A stretch of DNA of 64,000 bases, taken from positions 142,662,001-142,726,000 of the forward strand of contig OX597815.1 of NCBI GenBank assembly GCA_951406725.2. Direction: 5' to 3'. The DNA comes from Octopus vulgaris. Its lineage: Eukaryota. The number at the start of each line of letters is the position of its first letter. Position 1 is the stretch's first letter. Both the position numbers and the translations under genes were made by a program. Of the stretch, positions 1-13,945 are shown in pieces. A model generated the notes under the pieces. It was not told the DNA's origin. It did not search any database and worked only from the letters and a program-made list of their open reading frames with translations.

Positions 1-165
1 AAACAGTCTGCATTTGGTAGTGTGCCTCATTCTCTGGAGAATGCCACTGTGAGACCGGGTAATCTATTTGGAGGGTATTTAACGATTTAAACACTGTAAT
101 TGGGTGGTAGGACAAGTTAATAACATTAGTCTTCCTGTTGCGTCCCTGAGTGTATACATCAACAG

Positions 166-241
<76 letters not shown>
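166..241. repeat. (GATA)n microsatellite
   Basis: Perfect tetranucleotide run; source of the spurious LSIY ORF. Confidence 0.97.
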
Positions 242-2344
242 CTTTGCCGCAATTTTATTCCACCGAATGACGGTGAAGCTTTAAAAACTAGCCGAAATAT
301 TCCATACATTTGCCGATGAAAGTGGACATGAATATATTCTTCATGAAGTGTCTGTAAATTTCCTTTATTTTGAAATGTTGCTTTTTGTATTGTAATTATT
401 CATTTGCTAACCAGAAAAAGATATTTAAATACTTCAAGGATTATTTTAAAATCTAATATTAATACTAAGCAGCGCTGGTATTTTATTCATTAAAAGCGAG
501 GTTACTGTATAATATTTTTTTAGAGCCGTCATGACAGTTAAAAGGAAATTAATGAATCCAAGTTCCAAGTGAAGAATCACGCTAAGCTGTAACGTCAAAG
601 GATAAAATGATAGCTATTCAACAAATGAAAGGTACTGACAGACTGATTAGAGTTTGTAGGGCTATAAATTGTCTCCGTCGGCTATAAAAACATTATGATT
701 AATGCATAGTAAAAACAATGTAAGAAGATGCAAAAGTACGTGTGACACAATTCAGTTATTTTCGCTATAATCTAATGCCTAAAGAGATGTTATTGCCATT
801 TTAGCTGGGAGAAATGATCAAAACGAATTAATTTGATTAAAACTATAGTTTATGATGAAGCAAAATCTGTTTTTTATATTATCTAAAGTTGAGAGAGGAG
901 ATGAAATATTTGTAGGTTACAAGGACTTATTGACCTCTATAAGTCTTGTATTAAGTGTCATAGTATTAAGATAAATGACAATGCATCGAGATCAGATATC
1001 GAAGTAGTTAAAGAAGTCTTTGAAGATTGGTAGCTCATTGTTTAGAGGGTAGTTACTCTGAGAGGTATATTTTCAACATAGTTGAGACGGAGTTGTATTA
1101 GAAATGAATGTCTTCAGCCATCTTTATTACCTTTATAGAAAAATCCAACAGAGAATTACATAGAACTATTAAGGTCAGGTTACCTATAAGACGGCTTCCT
1201 TTCAAAAATTATTCGAGTGAGAAAGCCTTTCGTCCACCGCTAGGAAATATGTTGTGCATTAATATTAGAAAATATCTTACATGTATCTATCAATTTGAAT
1301 TTTCGCATTGGTGCACAAGGCATTTTTGCGTCGCTGTATAAAACAACTGGATAGAGAATGATTAGCTACGATTTATATTAAACACACTGAGCTAGACACA
1401 AGCATTGGTATGATTATAACTATTTACTGGTGGTCATTTATCATTTTAACTACAACTTCAATTTAATTTGGAATGGACTGAACGTAATTTTACGTTATTA
1501 TGAAGTATCATCTCGAAAGATTTTGGGCCGGCACAGGATAGTACATCAAGTATACAAAGGGTAGATGGAGAAGTTTAATTCATATTTTAAAGGATCCAAG
1601 CTCCTTAGACTTATTCGTTGTTAATAGTACTTGTGAGATATCACCAGACAATTGATGTTGTCTCGCCACTTTTGAACGAGATTCATGCAGTAGGTTCACT
1701 GTGATTTAGTAATGCATTTAACGTTTAATTAATTAAATAATTACATATTTATATTACTTATGAAAAGGTATGATATGTGGGTGTTTCGATATATGTATAT
1801 AAACGTATTTCGCTAACACGCATTTCCGTCATCAATAGGCATATATGACGCGCGTGCGCAAACACACTCAGATACACACTCACACGCACTCACACAAGTA
1901 TACACTATTCTGCACATACATTCACACACACACACACACACACACTTACACCTTCGCATACTCACACACACCCAAACACATACTCACACGCTCATAGAAT
2001 TTTTAACATACAAACACGTGCTCGCGCATGCTCAAATCACCATCTTACACTTACATATTCACACAACGCTGTACTACAGAGAACAATGTATTGTTGTTAT
2101 TTGCGTCAGGTAGTTCCATTTTGTTTAACCTAAACAGACATGAAAGGAAAAAGGTCATTCGATTCTCGAAGCCATAAAATAGTAAGAGGGGAACGTTGAC
2201 CTAGGTTATATGACCGTTGAATGTAGGTTGTGTAACGTTTGTACAAGAATGACACCGCTGACATTGTATCGTGTCTTAACAGATAAACTTTAAACACACG
2301 AAGATGTGGCTTTTTCCCCATATACACACACATATGTATACATA

Positions 2345-2560
<216 letters not shown>

Positions 2561-4105
2561 ACACATATATTATATGTATGTATAAGACATATATACACAA
2601 GACGTTTACACACATATGCAGAATCACTATGACTTGTGATAAAATAAGATATTCAAGATTTTTTGTATGTGCGTGCGTATGCGTATTTGTGCGTGTGTGT
2701 TTGTGTGTGTTTGTGTGTAGGTGTGCGCACGTGCGTTTGTTTGTTTGTGTACATGTGTGTGTGTGTGTGTGTGTTTATTTGAAAGTTTAATGCTTTGTGT
2801 TCTATTCAGTAATGTCAGTGTATCAACAGAAAGTTAACACAAAGCAAATGTTCAGTCCTAGAAACCTCCTTGTTGCCCTCTGATCTCTGTCGGAAGAAAT
2901 GACAGAAGCTTCGAGTTCTTTCAACTTTCTTTACCCGTTTCTTCTTTGAAAATCTTCCGATGTATATTGTTGTTTTTCCTTTAGATATTTTTGCAATATG
3001 TGCATCATGAATGAAGCCAAAGTAGAAATTGTATGATGTGTGAGATTGGTTACATCGATTCATATGTTGTGAGTTCAGTTCCAAGGTCTGCTACAGGCGT
3101 TTTGAAATGATAGAACGATCAGTTACTACCTAATGTATTTGTTGGTGTTTATCCCTAAATTATGCCCGACTTTAGACAATTCTTCTAAGGCGTAAAGCTT
3201 TCCAGTCGGGACAATATGGCTTTTTGTTAGGTTTTTAACGCACTCTAGATTGCATTACTTAAGGTGTCTCCATGGAAAAGAATTGTTTGGAAAACAATGG
3301 CTGTTATTTGTAACAAAATGTTTTACCTCATAGAAACCCTACCACTCACCCGCTTTACTACCATTTTTCTACCATAAACATTTTACTACCACGTAGTTTT
3401 TAAATAAACTTTGGAGTTATTAATCAATTAAATCTCTACCAACCACAAATTAAAAATGTATCATTTTAAGCCTATATTTTGACAAAAACACAGAAATGGC
3501 ATTGGTTAACATGGTGCTGAACCAAGTGCTTTTGCTTCGCAAATACGATGACAAAAGATTAGGCTATTTTAATACATTGTACAATTTCAACTTCGTTTAA
3601 TCTCTGTTTCTGATTGATGATTATTAGATTTAGAGATTATTTCATATTACAAGAATTATATTATTGCAGAAACAATTACGATCATATGAAAAACAGACCT
3701 ACTCCATTATCTACCATACAAATCTACTAAATTGGTTTCCGCCGTTAGTATTATATCCATTTTGCGCAAGGACAAATTTGAATTTTTCATACTATAAATC
3801 AGGTCTTTATTGAGGACGATTGGGTTAATAGTGGCCTAATAACTCTGTATGTTTAATTGCCAAAATTTATTGTTGTTGCTAATTTCTAGTAGCTTAAATC
3901 ATCAAACTATCTCTTGGGTATCTGACCAGAAGGCCAATTTAATTTTAGACTTAAGGGCGGGTAATACCCTATCAATGATTTTTTCTTATTAATAATCCCT
4001 ATATCTGATTTAGAGTGACAAATAGAGGGGTCAATTAGAAAGTTAGATTTATGGCCCTTAAGCATAATTCGGGGTTTTCTAGGGACGTAAGGATCGGTTT
4101 TATCA

Positions 4106-4195
4106 TCTATATTTATATATATAAAACTGAGAATGTGTGTCTGTCTGTGTGTTTCCCTAAAACTTTAGAACTACACAACCAATTTCATTCAAATT
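4106..4195 (+). mobile_element. 5' end of a non-autonomous Helitron-like element
   Basis: A|TCTATATTTATATATATAAAACTGAGAATGTGTGTCTGTCTGTGTG...ACAACCAATTTCATTCAAATT; same style of 5' terminus as the complete elements at 13449-13773 and 41674-42065. No clear 3' hairpin-CTAG end found. Confidence 0.5.
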
Positions 4196-4199
4196 GTTG

Positions 4200-4487
4200 G
4201 TCAGGCATCTACAGACTAGTTTCAGAGTATTTGCCCCTTATCAATGCAGAAAAACCGAACCCAGCAGGCGTCGCTACTGACTATTAAAATCCAGTAATGC
4301 TGCCGTAGTCTCCGTTAGAGAGACTTAGAAATATTTATATCATTATTTTTGAAAACCAGTGGATGTATTCCACTGAATTTAGGTAAACGTTCCTTCGAAC
4401 AGACGGTCGGAAGCGACGCCAGATGGGTTCGGCTGCTCTGCATTGATAAGAGGCAAATACCCTGAAAGTAGTCTGCAGATGCCTGAC
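4200..4487. repeat. 76-bp imperfect inverted repeat (4200-4275 / 4412-4487), MITE-like
   Basis: GTCAGGCATCTACAGACTAGTTTCAG...GGCGTCGCT is the reverse complement of AGCGACGCC...GTCTGCAGATGCCTGAC with roughly 10 mismatches. Confidence 0.85.
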
Positions 4488-6469
4488 TAGCAAGGGAAAG
4501 CGTCTGACCTCCTCTGTTCGAATGTTATAATGGTCATAGATTTGTGTGTCACATAGCTAGCTAGATGCGATGGCCTCTTGGAGCTAATCAACGGCAGCAT
4601 TCGTCCTATATTTCTGGACTGCCATATTAGCTTGGCGATAACTATTAATATATATATATATATATATATATGGGTGTATATTTTTATATATGTATATAGT
4701 ACGCTTGGTTTTATGCACCTACGGAATCATTATGGCCTCTGTTGTTTCAACAGCCGCAATTAAGATGCTTCTCTTCAAAGTGAAAGCGTAGTTTAAGAAC
4801 TTTATGAAATCCAGTCTATGACCCATACATGCAAAATTCCTCTCTCCATGACACGATGATATCCAAGCAAGTGGCAAGGTCGATGCAGCTTGGTGTCGAT
4901 GCCTTTGCAATTATCGCCGTCAACACGTAGAGAGCCAACAGAGAGTACACCGGATAATATCTGACGATGTAAAAAGATCTGCTAATGCCCCAATGTTAAA
5001 AGGTTGTTGACAGGTAATTAGATGTACTGACTGGCAGTGGAGATGGCTGTTTATGGGTGAGGCGTGTGTGTAAAAATATAGTTAATGGCCGTCATTTACC
5101 GAATGGTGAGGTGAGGTTACCGAAGTTGCCATTCGTCTTTTATGGAATGGAAAGGTTGACGGTTTCCATAAATGCAATTTATTCATATACAGGGATGAAA
5201 GCATAATGTTTCAGGCTACCTACGGGACATGATCTGTTTATGGGCGTACTTTCCCTGTCTGCAGCTGAACTTATTGACTTGTAGTTGATTCATATACCAC
5301 CACACACACAAATGAATTCTATATAAGACAATGAAGCGTCGAATAAAGCGCTTTTACTCTCTTGCAATGCATATATTTCTTTTCAACAGTCCACTGAACT
5401 ATGGCATTATGGCTCCAAAAGCCCTCAAATTTAAAAGAAAGTTCATTCTATAATCCTTCTCGCGTATAGAGAGGTAGCATTGATTCGATCTAAAAGTCAG
5501 TATAAACGAGTGTGCTGCGTATATCTGGATTTAATTAAATAATCTTGCTTCTCTTCTCAAATCTCTCTCCAATTGTTATTTTTGCTTTGTACACAAGAGC
5601 GTTTTTAAGACAGTTGTCGGTAAGTACGTGATGTTGCGTCAGTTCTATTCTGGCGATTAGATTTGACATTTGCTGTATTGCAATATTTCAATTACTATGC
5701 ACTCCAAGTAAGTGAAGATGATATTTACAATAGACGTTTTGACACTGGTATGCTTGGAGAATAACTTTCTCATCAAATACGCCAAATCTTTTATCAAATT
5801 GAAAGCTATGCTACATGCAGGATAAACAGGACAGATATATTTATAATAGTTGAACTATGCGGGTATGTCGCATATGAATTCCTACATTGATTCTATCATT
5901 TCTAATAAGTGGGTAATTATAGTAGTGTTTAATATTTCTCTATTAGGAGATAAAGAAGTTACTCAATTATATAACCACTAATTTTATGTTGACAAATTGA
6001 TGATGGGGGCATTTTGAATTTCATTTTCAAACTAGATTGCATCTTCAATTTCTTTCTGTCAGGAACTACTTTTCTTTAGTCCAGTCAAATGTGATGCCAC
6101 AAAAGATTAATGATGATGGTTATACCTAAATGAAATTCCTTAAATCTACGTATTAAATCTATTGTAGTTCAATCCATTGAAGCTGAAAAAGATCGCTATT
6201 TCTTTGCCAAAAATAAAATTGAGGAGAATTTATTCCTGAGTTTACCCAAAATTCACAGCAAACCTAATTTGCAGGGTTTGGAATCATCGAAACTTCTCGT
6301 GAAACGAGTTCGATCTCTTGGTATACGTGGTCTCACTTTTCGTAGAGCTTGTTTTACAGAATTGTAAAGCTTTTCGCTGAAATGATTTAAAATTGAAAGG
6401 CAGGCAGTATTCCACAGCAAACAACGACTTTCACCCTTATAAAGAAAAAGAGGCCTGCTATATTGCAAC

Positions 6470-6720
6470 CGTGGATGCGCGTGGCTTAGTGGTTAGGATG
6501 TCAGCACCATGATCGTAAGATTGTGGTTTCGATTCCTGGACCGGGTGACGCGTTGTGTTCTTGAGCAAAACACTTCATTTCACGTGTGCTCCAGTCCACT
6601 CAACTGGCAAAAATGAGTAACGCTGGGATGGACTGGGGAACACATACGCCATAGAAACCGGGAAACCCGGCCTATGAGCCTGGCTAGACTTTAAAAAAGG
6701 CGTATTTATTTTATTTATTT
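6470..6720 (+). mobile_element. tRNA-derived SINE (CORE/Meta-like central domain) with 11-bp TSD
   Basis: A box TGGCTTAGTGG, B box GGTTTCGATTCC, body GTTGTGTTCTTGAGCAAAACACTT, (TTTA)n tail; TSD TATATTGCAAC at 6459-6469 and 6721-6731. Confidence 0.88.
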
Positions 6721-8489
6721 TATATTGCAACTAGAATAACCAACGGAGTGAACACATCTCTTGAAAATCACAGTCTTAACGATGGAAGGACATGTCGATA
6801 TATGTATTTTTAAGTATTTTAAGTGCAGGTGAGAACAAATGATTTATCATAGTTGAACAGCCGTTCATGATAAGTTTTCTCAGTCAAAGCTAAATTTGCG
6901 TAAAATATCATCAAATAGAGCCACAACAGCAACATTCACCTTCAATGTGTTAAGTCAATACACATCAAAACTACCATGTAAAATAACTTATGAAACTGCA
7001 ATTTGCTGCATTAAAATTGACGTTTGATATGCCTACTGCATTTCTATAGAGATTTTGAGCAACTTCAATTCTATGCGACATAATACTTTTCATAATCTCC
7101 TATTTTCACATACAGTATTATGATAAAACCTTTTGATGAACAACGTGCAGACGTGCTAATACACCTCCTAGTAGATCTGTTATATATCCATCACATAATA
7201 TCCAATAATATTGATGCATATCGTTTGTACACACACAACTGTATTTCTCTGTGTTGTTCATTCTCAATCAGAAATATGCATTGCAATCATCACCACCATC
7301 AACATTACCACGAATACTACCACCACCACAATCATCATCATCCTCATTACCACAATCATCATCATCATCATCATCTCAGTAGTAACAGTAAAAGCATGAA
7401 CAACAGCGAGAATATTTTTAACTCCATCATCACTATCATGAGCACCACCACCATTATCATCATCATCATCGTCATCATCATCATCACCGGGTTTTATCGT
7501 CTAATCAGCCTTGCATTGGTTAAATCAGATTTAAATAAGCTGATTTTCTCCTGTTATTTTTACCATTAGCCGTTTACTATTGTCGAGGCCATATATTTCG
7601 GTGGGATTGATTTTTTTTTTGCCTTTTTTTTTTAGCTATACCATTACTTAGATATGTTTAGTCTTCAGGCATAAGATGGGATTTCTTCCACTACATGTTT
7701 TATATAACATTTTTCCTTACTTCATCAATTCATCATAAATCAGTTTAACAAAAACACTGTAATCTGAGAATAGTAAATTTCCTGTTACTGAGCAGATTTC
7801 AAACTACTGCTAATGATATTTGGCTTTGTCTTATTCTTTCTCTACTTCTTTTTTCTTTCTCATACTTTTTCTTTTTCCTTATATTTTTTCCCGTCTATAT
7901 CTAACTATCTTTAAGTAATTTTGTTATTTTTCTTTCAACTTTAATGCGATTCATGTGAAAGACGTAAGATACCCTTCAAATTGCTAGATATCCGATTACC
8001 TTTGTGAAAAATGTTTCTTTCTTCAACTCCTTTTGGTATTGACGATGTTGATGATGATGTCGGTGGTGGTGGTGGAGGCGATGTTGATGATGATGACTGC
8101 ATTGTCGAGGACGACGACGACGCGGAAAGCGGCGACGACGACGACGATTATAAATTCGTTGTTACTGATGATTTTTGTATTCAGCAAACATTGAAATCAT
8201 GACTATGTAAAATACATATGACATTAACTCTTACCATGGGAGGCTACCATGGATTTTTCGATACAAGCTTGAGTCAGGTATCAGAATATTTACGCTGTTA
8301 AGATCAGCAATCTCGTTGTTTCTTCAGCTATTTTTGTCTCATTTCGGTGTTCAACTCCAATGGAGGTCAGATTCTTTCTCGATGCAGGGCCGCAAAAGCA
8401 TTACAGTCGATTGAAACGACCACATTATATTATTAATAATGACATCGACCTTCAAGTACAATATGATTAACTTCAAATGTTAAAATAAC

Positions 8490-8593
<104 letters not shown>

Positions 8594-9160
8594 ACATACC
8601 AAAAGGCACTGGATAGAAGCTTTACATGTTAATGAAAGATTGACATATGTGAAGTGGGATATTCTTTTATTCTCTTATATGTTTCAGTGCAATGACTGTG
8701 GCCATGTTGGAACACCGCCATTGATATATTTACTTACATTTTACATATTTAAACAAAAAAGTTTTTACGACTTATATGAGCCGGAATCTATCGAAGGTTC
8801 CTGCAGCGTATTATTGACCGTAACGTTAACACTTGCAGCACGACTAAACTGGACGGCAGTCCGTTAATGGGTTCACTCTAGTTGAACTGAGTTAACTAGA
8901 GTAACACAAAGTAAAATGAGTTTCCCGAACGCTCAATGCCCCTTCAGCAACGGGAATCAAGCCTTCGATACTTGATCGGGAGGAGAGGTCCCTAACAATT
9001 GAGCCAGATGTCTTGTCTTCACATATGTAATGCAGGATATATTATCTTATTATATATTTAGTCACCTACATTGTAAGTCTTTGTATTTCTTAAAAATTTA
9101 TCGCATGCAAGTTTTAGGTATGTCTGACATTTTGTATTCCTAAAAGAATTCATTATATAT

Positions 9161-9453
9161 GGCACTCTGTCGGTTACGACGGCGCGGGTTCCAGTTGATC
9201 CAGTCAACGGAACAGCCTGCTCGTGAAATTAACATGTGACTGAGCACTCCACAAACCCGTGTGCAGTTAACGTAGTGCTCAGGTAGATTCAATGTGACAC
9301 AGAGTGAGACGAAGCTAACCCTTTGAAATTCAGGCACTAGTCATTTTCGTCAGTTGGTGCAACGTCAAGGAGAAAACGCGTCGTCGGGAATTGAATTCGC
9401 GACCTTATAATTGAGGAGAGAATACCCTAACCAATAACCCGCACACCTTCACT
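9161..9453 (-). mobile_element. Diverged tRNA-derived SINE
   Basis: 3' part homologous to the SINEs at 37794-38181 and 38583-38962 (CGGTTACGACG..TCAACGGAACAGCCTGCTCGTGAAATTAAC); degenerate tRNA head at about 9385-9453. Confidence 0.8.
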
Positions 9454-9865
9454 CTATATATATATTCTCTAAATATTCAATCAGCATGCTACATATCACA
9501 ATGTTGTTTTCAGTTTATTCAATAATCCTAACATCAATTCCACTTTATGAATATCAGTGACGGGATTACCTGCCGTTTACAAATTTCAATATGTTTTATT
9601 TTAGTTTCAATCAGAGACCAAGGGTCAACTTTTTCTCCCGTAAGAAGCAAACACATAGTTTCCTCATATCGTTCTTTATTTTACATTTATTGTGCAACCA
9701 CTACCTGTTACTCTATCCTCACATAATTTTCATTCGCATTACCACACCTCCCCCCCCCAAAGCCAGAAAGAACCAAAATAAACCTCAGACTGATGACAGC
9801 AAACAAGTCGAAATTTCTAAATCACTACCAACCCACTTGTAAAATTTAAAGCATACATACATGTC

Positions 9866-9866
<1 letters not shown>

Positions 9867-9927
<61 letters not shown>

Positions 9928-9968
9928 TTATTTATTTACTTAACTCTCGCTTTTTCTCTCTCTTTCTT

Positions 9969-10042
<74 letters not shown>
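9867..10042. repeat. Compound (TA)n/(TG)n/(CT)n microsatellite
   Basis: Direct inspection. Confidence 0.95.
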
Positions 10043-10046
<4 letters not shown>

Positions 10047-10551
10047 TACACACAGTATTCTATGTGGTAGACACTACATATAAAATACATCTGAGGTATC
10101 ATATGATTTCATAGTAATATGTTTCATAAGCTGATGACTTGTCATTCGTACAGTGGTAACGTCTTTATGCCAGATGTTCTAATGTTCTGTAATTATTTGT
10201 GCGTGTATTTTTGTATGTGTATTTGCAGATGTAAGTTGTCAGAGAATTAAATTAAAGAAAACTGAGTAAACTCGAGAGCTGTAATGTAGAATAATTTATT
10301 TCAGTCTCCTTTTTGCTTTTAATCATGATGATATAGAAACAATATTTTTGTTTCTTTTGTGGATACACTTGAAGTAAGAAGCAAAGTTTAGAAATAACAA
10401 ACGAAGATAATACATTAAATGTTTCATACAAAAATAGAGTTTCATAGATCTATGATTGCTGTTTCTCAGTACTCTTTCGCCGGAATCAGGCATGGTCTAT
10501 ATGGTACGATATTAGCTATTATGTCATATTATTTTAATTTTTTTCTCTTTC

Positions 10552-10692
10552 CTTAGCGGTATTTCGTCTGTCTTTACGTTCTGAGTTCAAATTCAGCCGA
10601 ACTCGACTTTGCCTTTCATCCTTTCGTACTGGAGTCGATTTAATCCACTGGCTCCCACCCCCCAAATTTCGGGTCTTGTGCCTAGAGGAGAA
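10552..10692 (+). mobile_element. Partial tRNA-derived SINE (Nin/Deu-like domain family)
   Basis: GGTATTTCGTCTGTCTTTACGTTCTGAGTTCAAATT..GACTTTGCCTTTCATCCTTTCG..AAATTTCGGGTCTTGTGCCTAGAG, homologous to 36232-36616. Confidence 0.8.
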
Positions 10693-12493
10693 AAAAACAT
10701 TGTGAGATATAATATGAAAGATTTTTTGGTTAATGATTCTGTGGGGTCAGGATTCTCTCAATAACAAAGCTCCCAATTTATCCTGCATTAAGCACACTTA
10801 TTCATCTTAGAGGGAATATGGAACAAATTATATTCTACAATGGTCTTCGATAAATTAATGATGGCTACTGATGCAGGGAAGACTGTCTTGCACATGGGAT
10901 TTCGTTAAGACTTGTCATTACGTTATAGAAGACACATAACAATGAAAACCCCTTATATCCCACATTTAAAAAATCACAAAATAATAGAAAACGTCGAATT
11001 AGAATAATATCACTTCTGTACATGACGAAAATCTTATGGTTAACATTATGAACGAAATTACATCTCAGTTTTTTACTTATGGTGTATTAGAGAATGATGC
11101 AGTAGTATACTTGTATTCTTTCGATCTATTTTACGAGAACAGCCTTAATAATATGCTGGGGCACCAATAAAATTCAAATAAAGGTTTTTTTCACACTGTA
11201 ATGAATTATAAATTTTACAACATTTCTCCAGCTCCTCGCTGTATAAATATTCCATCCTGGATTATCTGCTAATTGGCAGCGTTGACTGGATTGCTGAAAG
11301 TTAACAGAATGACTGATGGGAGAATGCCGTGCTCCGCCCGCTGAAAGGCAAAGCAATTTGAGCCAAACTTAGTGAATCACGACATGTTAATTAAAATTAC
11401 AGCAGTAATTCTTATTATTTATATAATTTATTATGATCCCGATAGGGGAGTAAATGGTGAACTTATAATTACTTGTTTCGGCATTATTAAACGTCATTAG
11501 CGGACCATTCTCTAGTTATTTTACTACCAGATATTTGATTAATTAGAGACAATATGGAGAGTTTGTTAATAAACAGTTAAAATAACTATGAACGCCTGCT
11601 GTAATATTCTTATTCATAGAAGTAGTTTATGGTGCGTTTGAAGATACCAACCAACAGACACGTCGTCTCATTATTTAACATCATTATTTACTTGAACAAC
11701 AAATAAGTAAACTAAATCAAATGTAGACTGTATATTTACTGAACAAAGCTTGCAACTTCAACAATGAGGAACATAGTTACTCTAATAAAAACAATTTTGA
11801 AAATGATGACTCCACTTGAAAACTATGCGAAATTTAATTTTCAGCTATGATTTCTGCAAAGCCCAAATGTATTTTACCAAAAATATAGCTTACTGTTAGC
11901 TTTTTACAGGCATTCATGAAAGATTGCCAAGTAGACATTTTGCTATAATAAGTGATAAAACACAACAAAACAAATTGCCGCCAGCAGAGATAAGCGGCCA
12001 TAACATATGCTGATATTTCCTCACAACTAGTTATACTTTTATAACCTGTCAGAAGCACCTGTCAACTAATTCTAAATGGTTTCATCAGAGGCTGAACGTA
12101 CAGATATACTCACTGAAACAGGCACCAAAATACTTACTCATATATATATGCATACAGACACTTGCACACGACCACATATACATTTCCTTATATATATAGA
12201 CATGTGTGTGTGTGCGTGTGTGTGTGTGTGTGTGTGTATACATACATAAATGTATATTTAAAGGCAATGCTCCAGCATGGCCTTCTACATGTTTCATAAA
12301 ACCGACATAAAAGATTAATGAATTATGCTTATGTAAGTATATATGTATTGTGTGAATGCATATTTATACACATATACGAACTCACATTCGTATGTGTATA
12401 TGTGTGTGCGTGTGTGTGAATGGGGTGTATATATATATATATATATATATACACAAAAACACGTAGAAACATAGATGCATACAGGTGTGAGAT

Positions 12494-12496
<3 letters not shown>

Positions 12497-12570
<74 letters not shown>

Positions 12571-12575
12571 TGTGT
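12497..12575. repeat. (TG)n microsatellite
   Basis: Direct inspection. Confidence 0.95.
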
Positions 12576-13448
12576 GAGTGCAGAAAGAGAGACAGACAGA
12601 CAGAAAGAAAAAAAATGTGCGTTTCTTGAAAGCGAATATATTGTTGTCGACAGCTGCCAATCCTCATAAATAACGTTATTTATCCTGCTGAAGTTATTGT
12701 TTACTGGTGGTGTGCGGCTGGGTGGTATGGGTTTTCGATTATCTTTTGACGTTGTTTGTCTCACCTCAACACTTCCTTCCTAAAACATTGCTCCTTGTTA
12801 ATGGTGCCCGTTGTTCTTATTTAGGAAGATGATTATGGTGAGACGTGGACGACGACGACGATGATGATGATAATGATGATGATGAAGACATCGTTGATGA
12901 TGCCGAGGGGAGGAAGGGTGGAGAAGTAGGCGGAAAGGAGGGCAATGCGAAGAAGATAATAACGGTGATGCAGATGACAATATTGATGATTATACTACAT
13001 TTAGCTTATCTTCCGTCCTGTATTCCTTGGTGCGATTATGTTTAGACGGGTTATAGTTTAGCATTGATCAGTGATTTCTGAGGAGACATATCGAATCACA
13101 ATTATTGTACTGAAGAATAATACCATCCTCATTTCCTATTAGGGTGTAAGCTGGTTTCGACAACAAACTGAAAGCAGTAGATAATGATAGAGGGTTTCGG
13201 TTTATCATATACGGATATTTTATGCAATTTCAAAACGAGATAATTACAATAGCGTTTGGGGTGGTGTTAATGTAAGGCCTTGGTTTCGTTTAGACACTAT
13301 ATACATTCGGCGAATGGCCGGATAAAACTGTGATCTTAATCTTTAAAAACTCTGGGAGTCATTTGAGAAATTACAAAGCTAATTCTGGGAAACTCCTGGC
13401 GAAAACAGGGACGAATTAATTCTTAAAAGTAAGTATTTTATAATACAA

Positions 13449-13773
13449 CTAGCTCTATGACCTGGCGTCGCCGGGTCATAGTGCTAGTGCATGCATATGC
13501 AGCTGCGTCTAAATCTCCGACCGATGACATACAGCTATCTGGCATTCAATTGTCGCATCAAGTTTCGGGCATTTTGATTGGGTTTTGGATAGAAAATTCA
13601 CAAAAATGTCACTTCTATTGATTTTGACTGGGGAAATGTTAAGATATGCACGACCACCCTTGGACGGTTTTGAATGACCATAGAAAGTGCGAGCCCTCTA
13701 ACTGAAAAATTGTGGATTTGTATAAAGGATACACACACACACACACACATTTTGTCGTTTATATATAGAGAGA
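13449..13773 (-). mobile_element. Non-autonomous Helitron
   Basis: Minus strand reads A|TCTCTCTATATATAAACG...CTAG|T (insertion between A and T, no TSD) with subterminal GC hairpin CTATGACCTGGCG-T-CGCCGGGTCATAG. Confidence 0.8.
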
Positions 13774-13884
13774 TGACCCTATTTCCAGTATTGGAAATAA
13801 TGTCAGTTTACTGTAAAAGTGTTCAGCCAACTATCCAGATCAGTGTATTTCTGTGTGTCCAATATTCACTTCACTAAAAGTGTT

Positions 13885-13886
<2 letters not shown>

Positions 13887-13929
<43 letters not shown>

Positions 13930-13945
13930 TTATTATCATTATTAT
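13887..13945. repeat. (TAT/TAA)n microsatellite flanking the LINE 3' end
   Basis: Direct inspection. Confidence 0.9.

Noticed and set aside
5480-6460. Possible decayed transposase or host exon
   Set aside because: No recognisable motif in any frame by eye.
7120-7569. 149-aa His-rich ORF
   Set aside because: His/Ile runs come from (CAT)/(CAC) trinucleotide repeats; no other coding signal.
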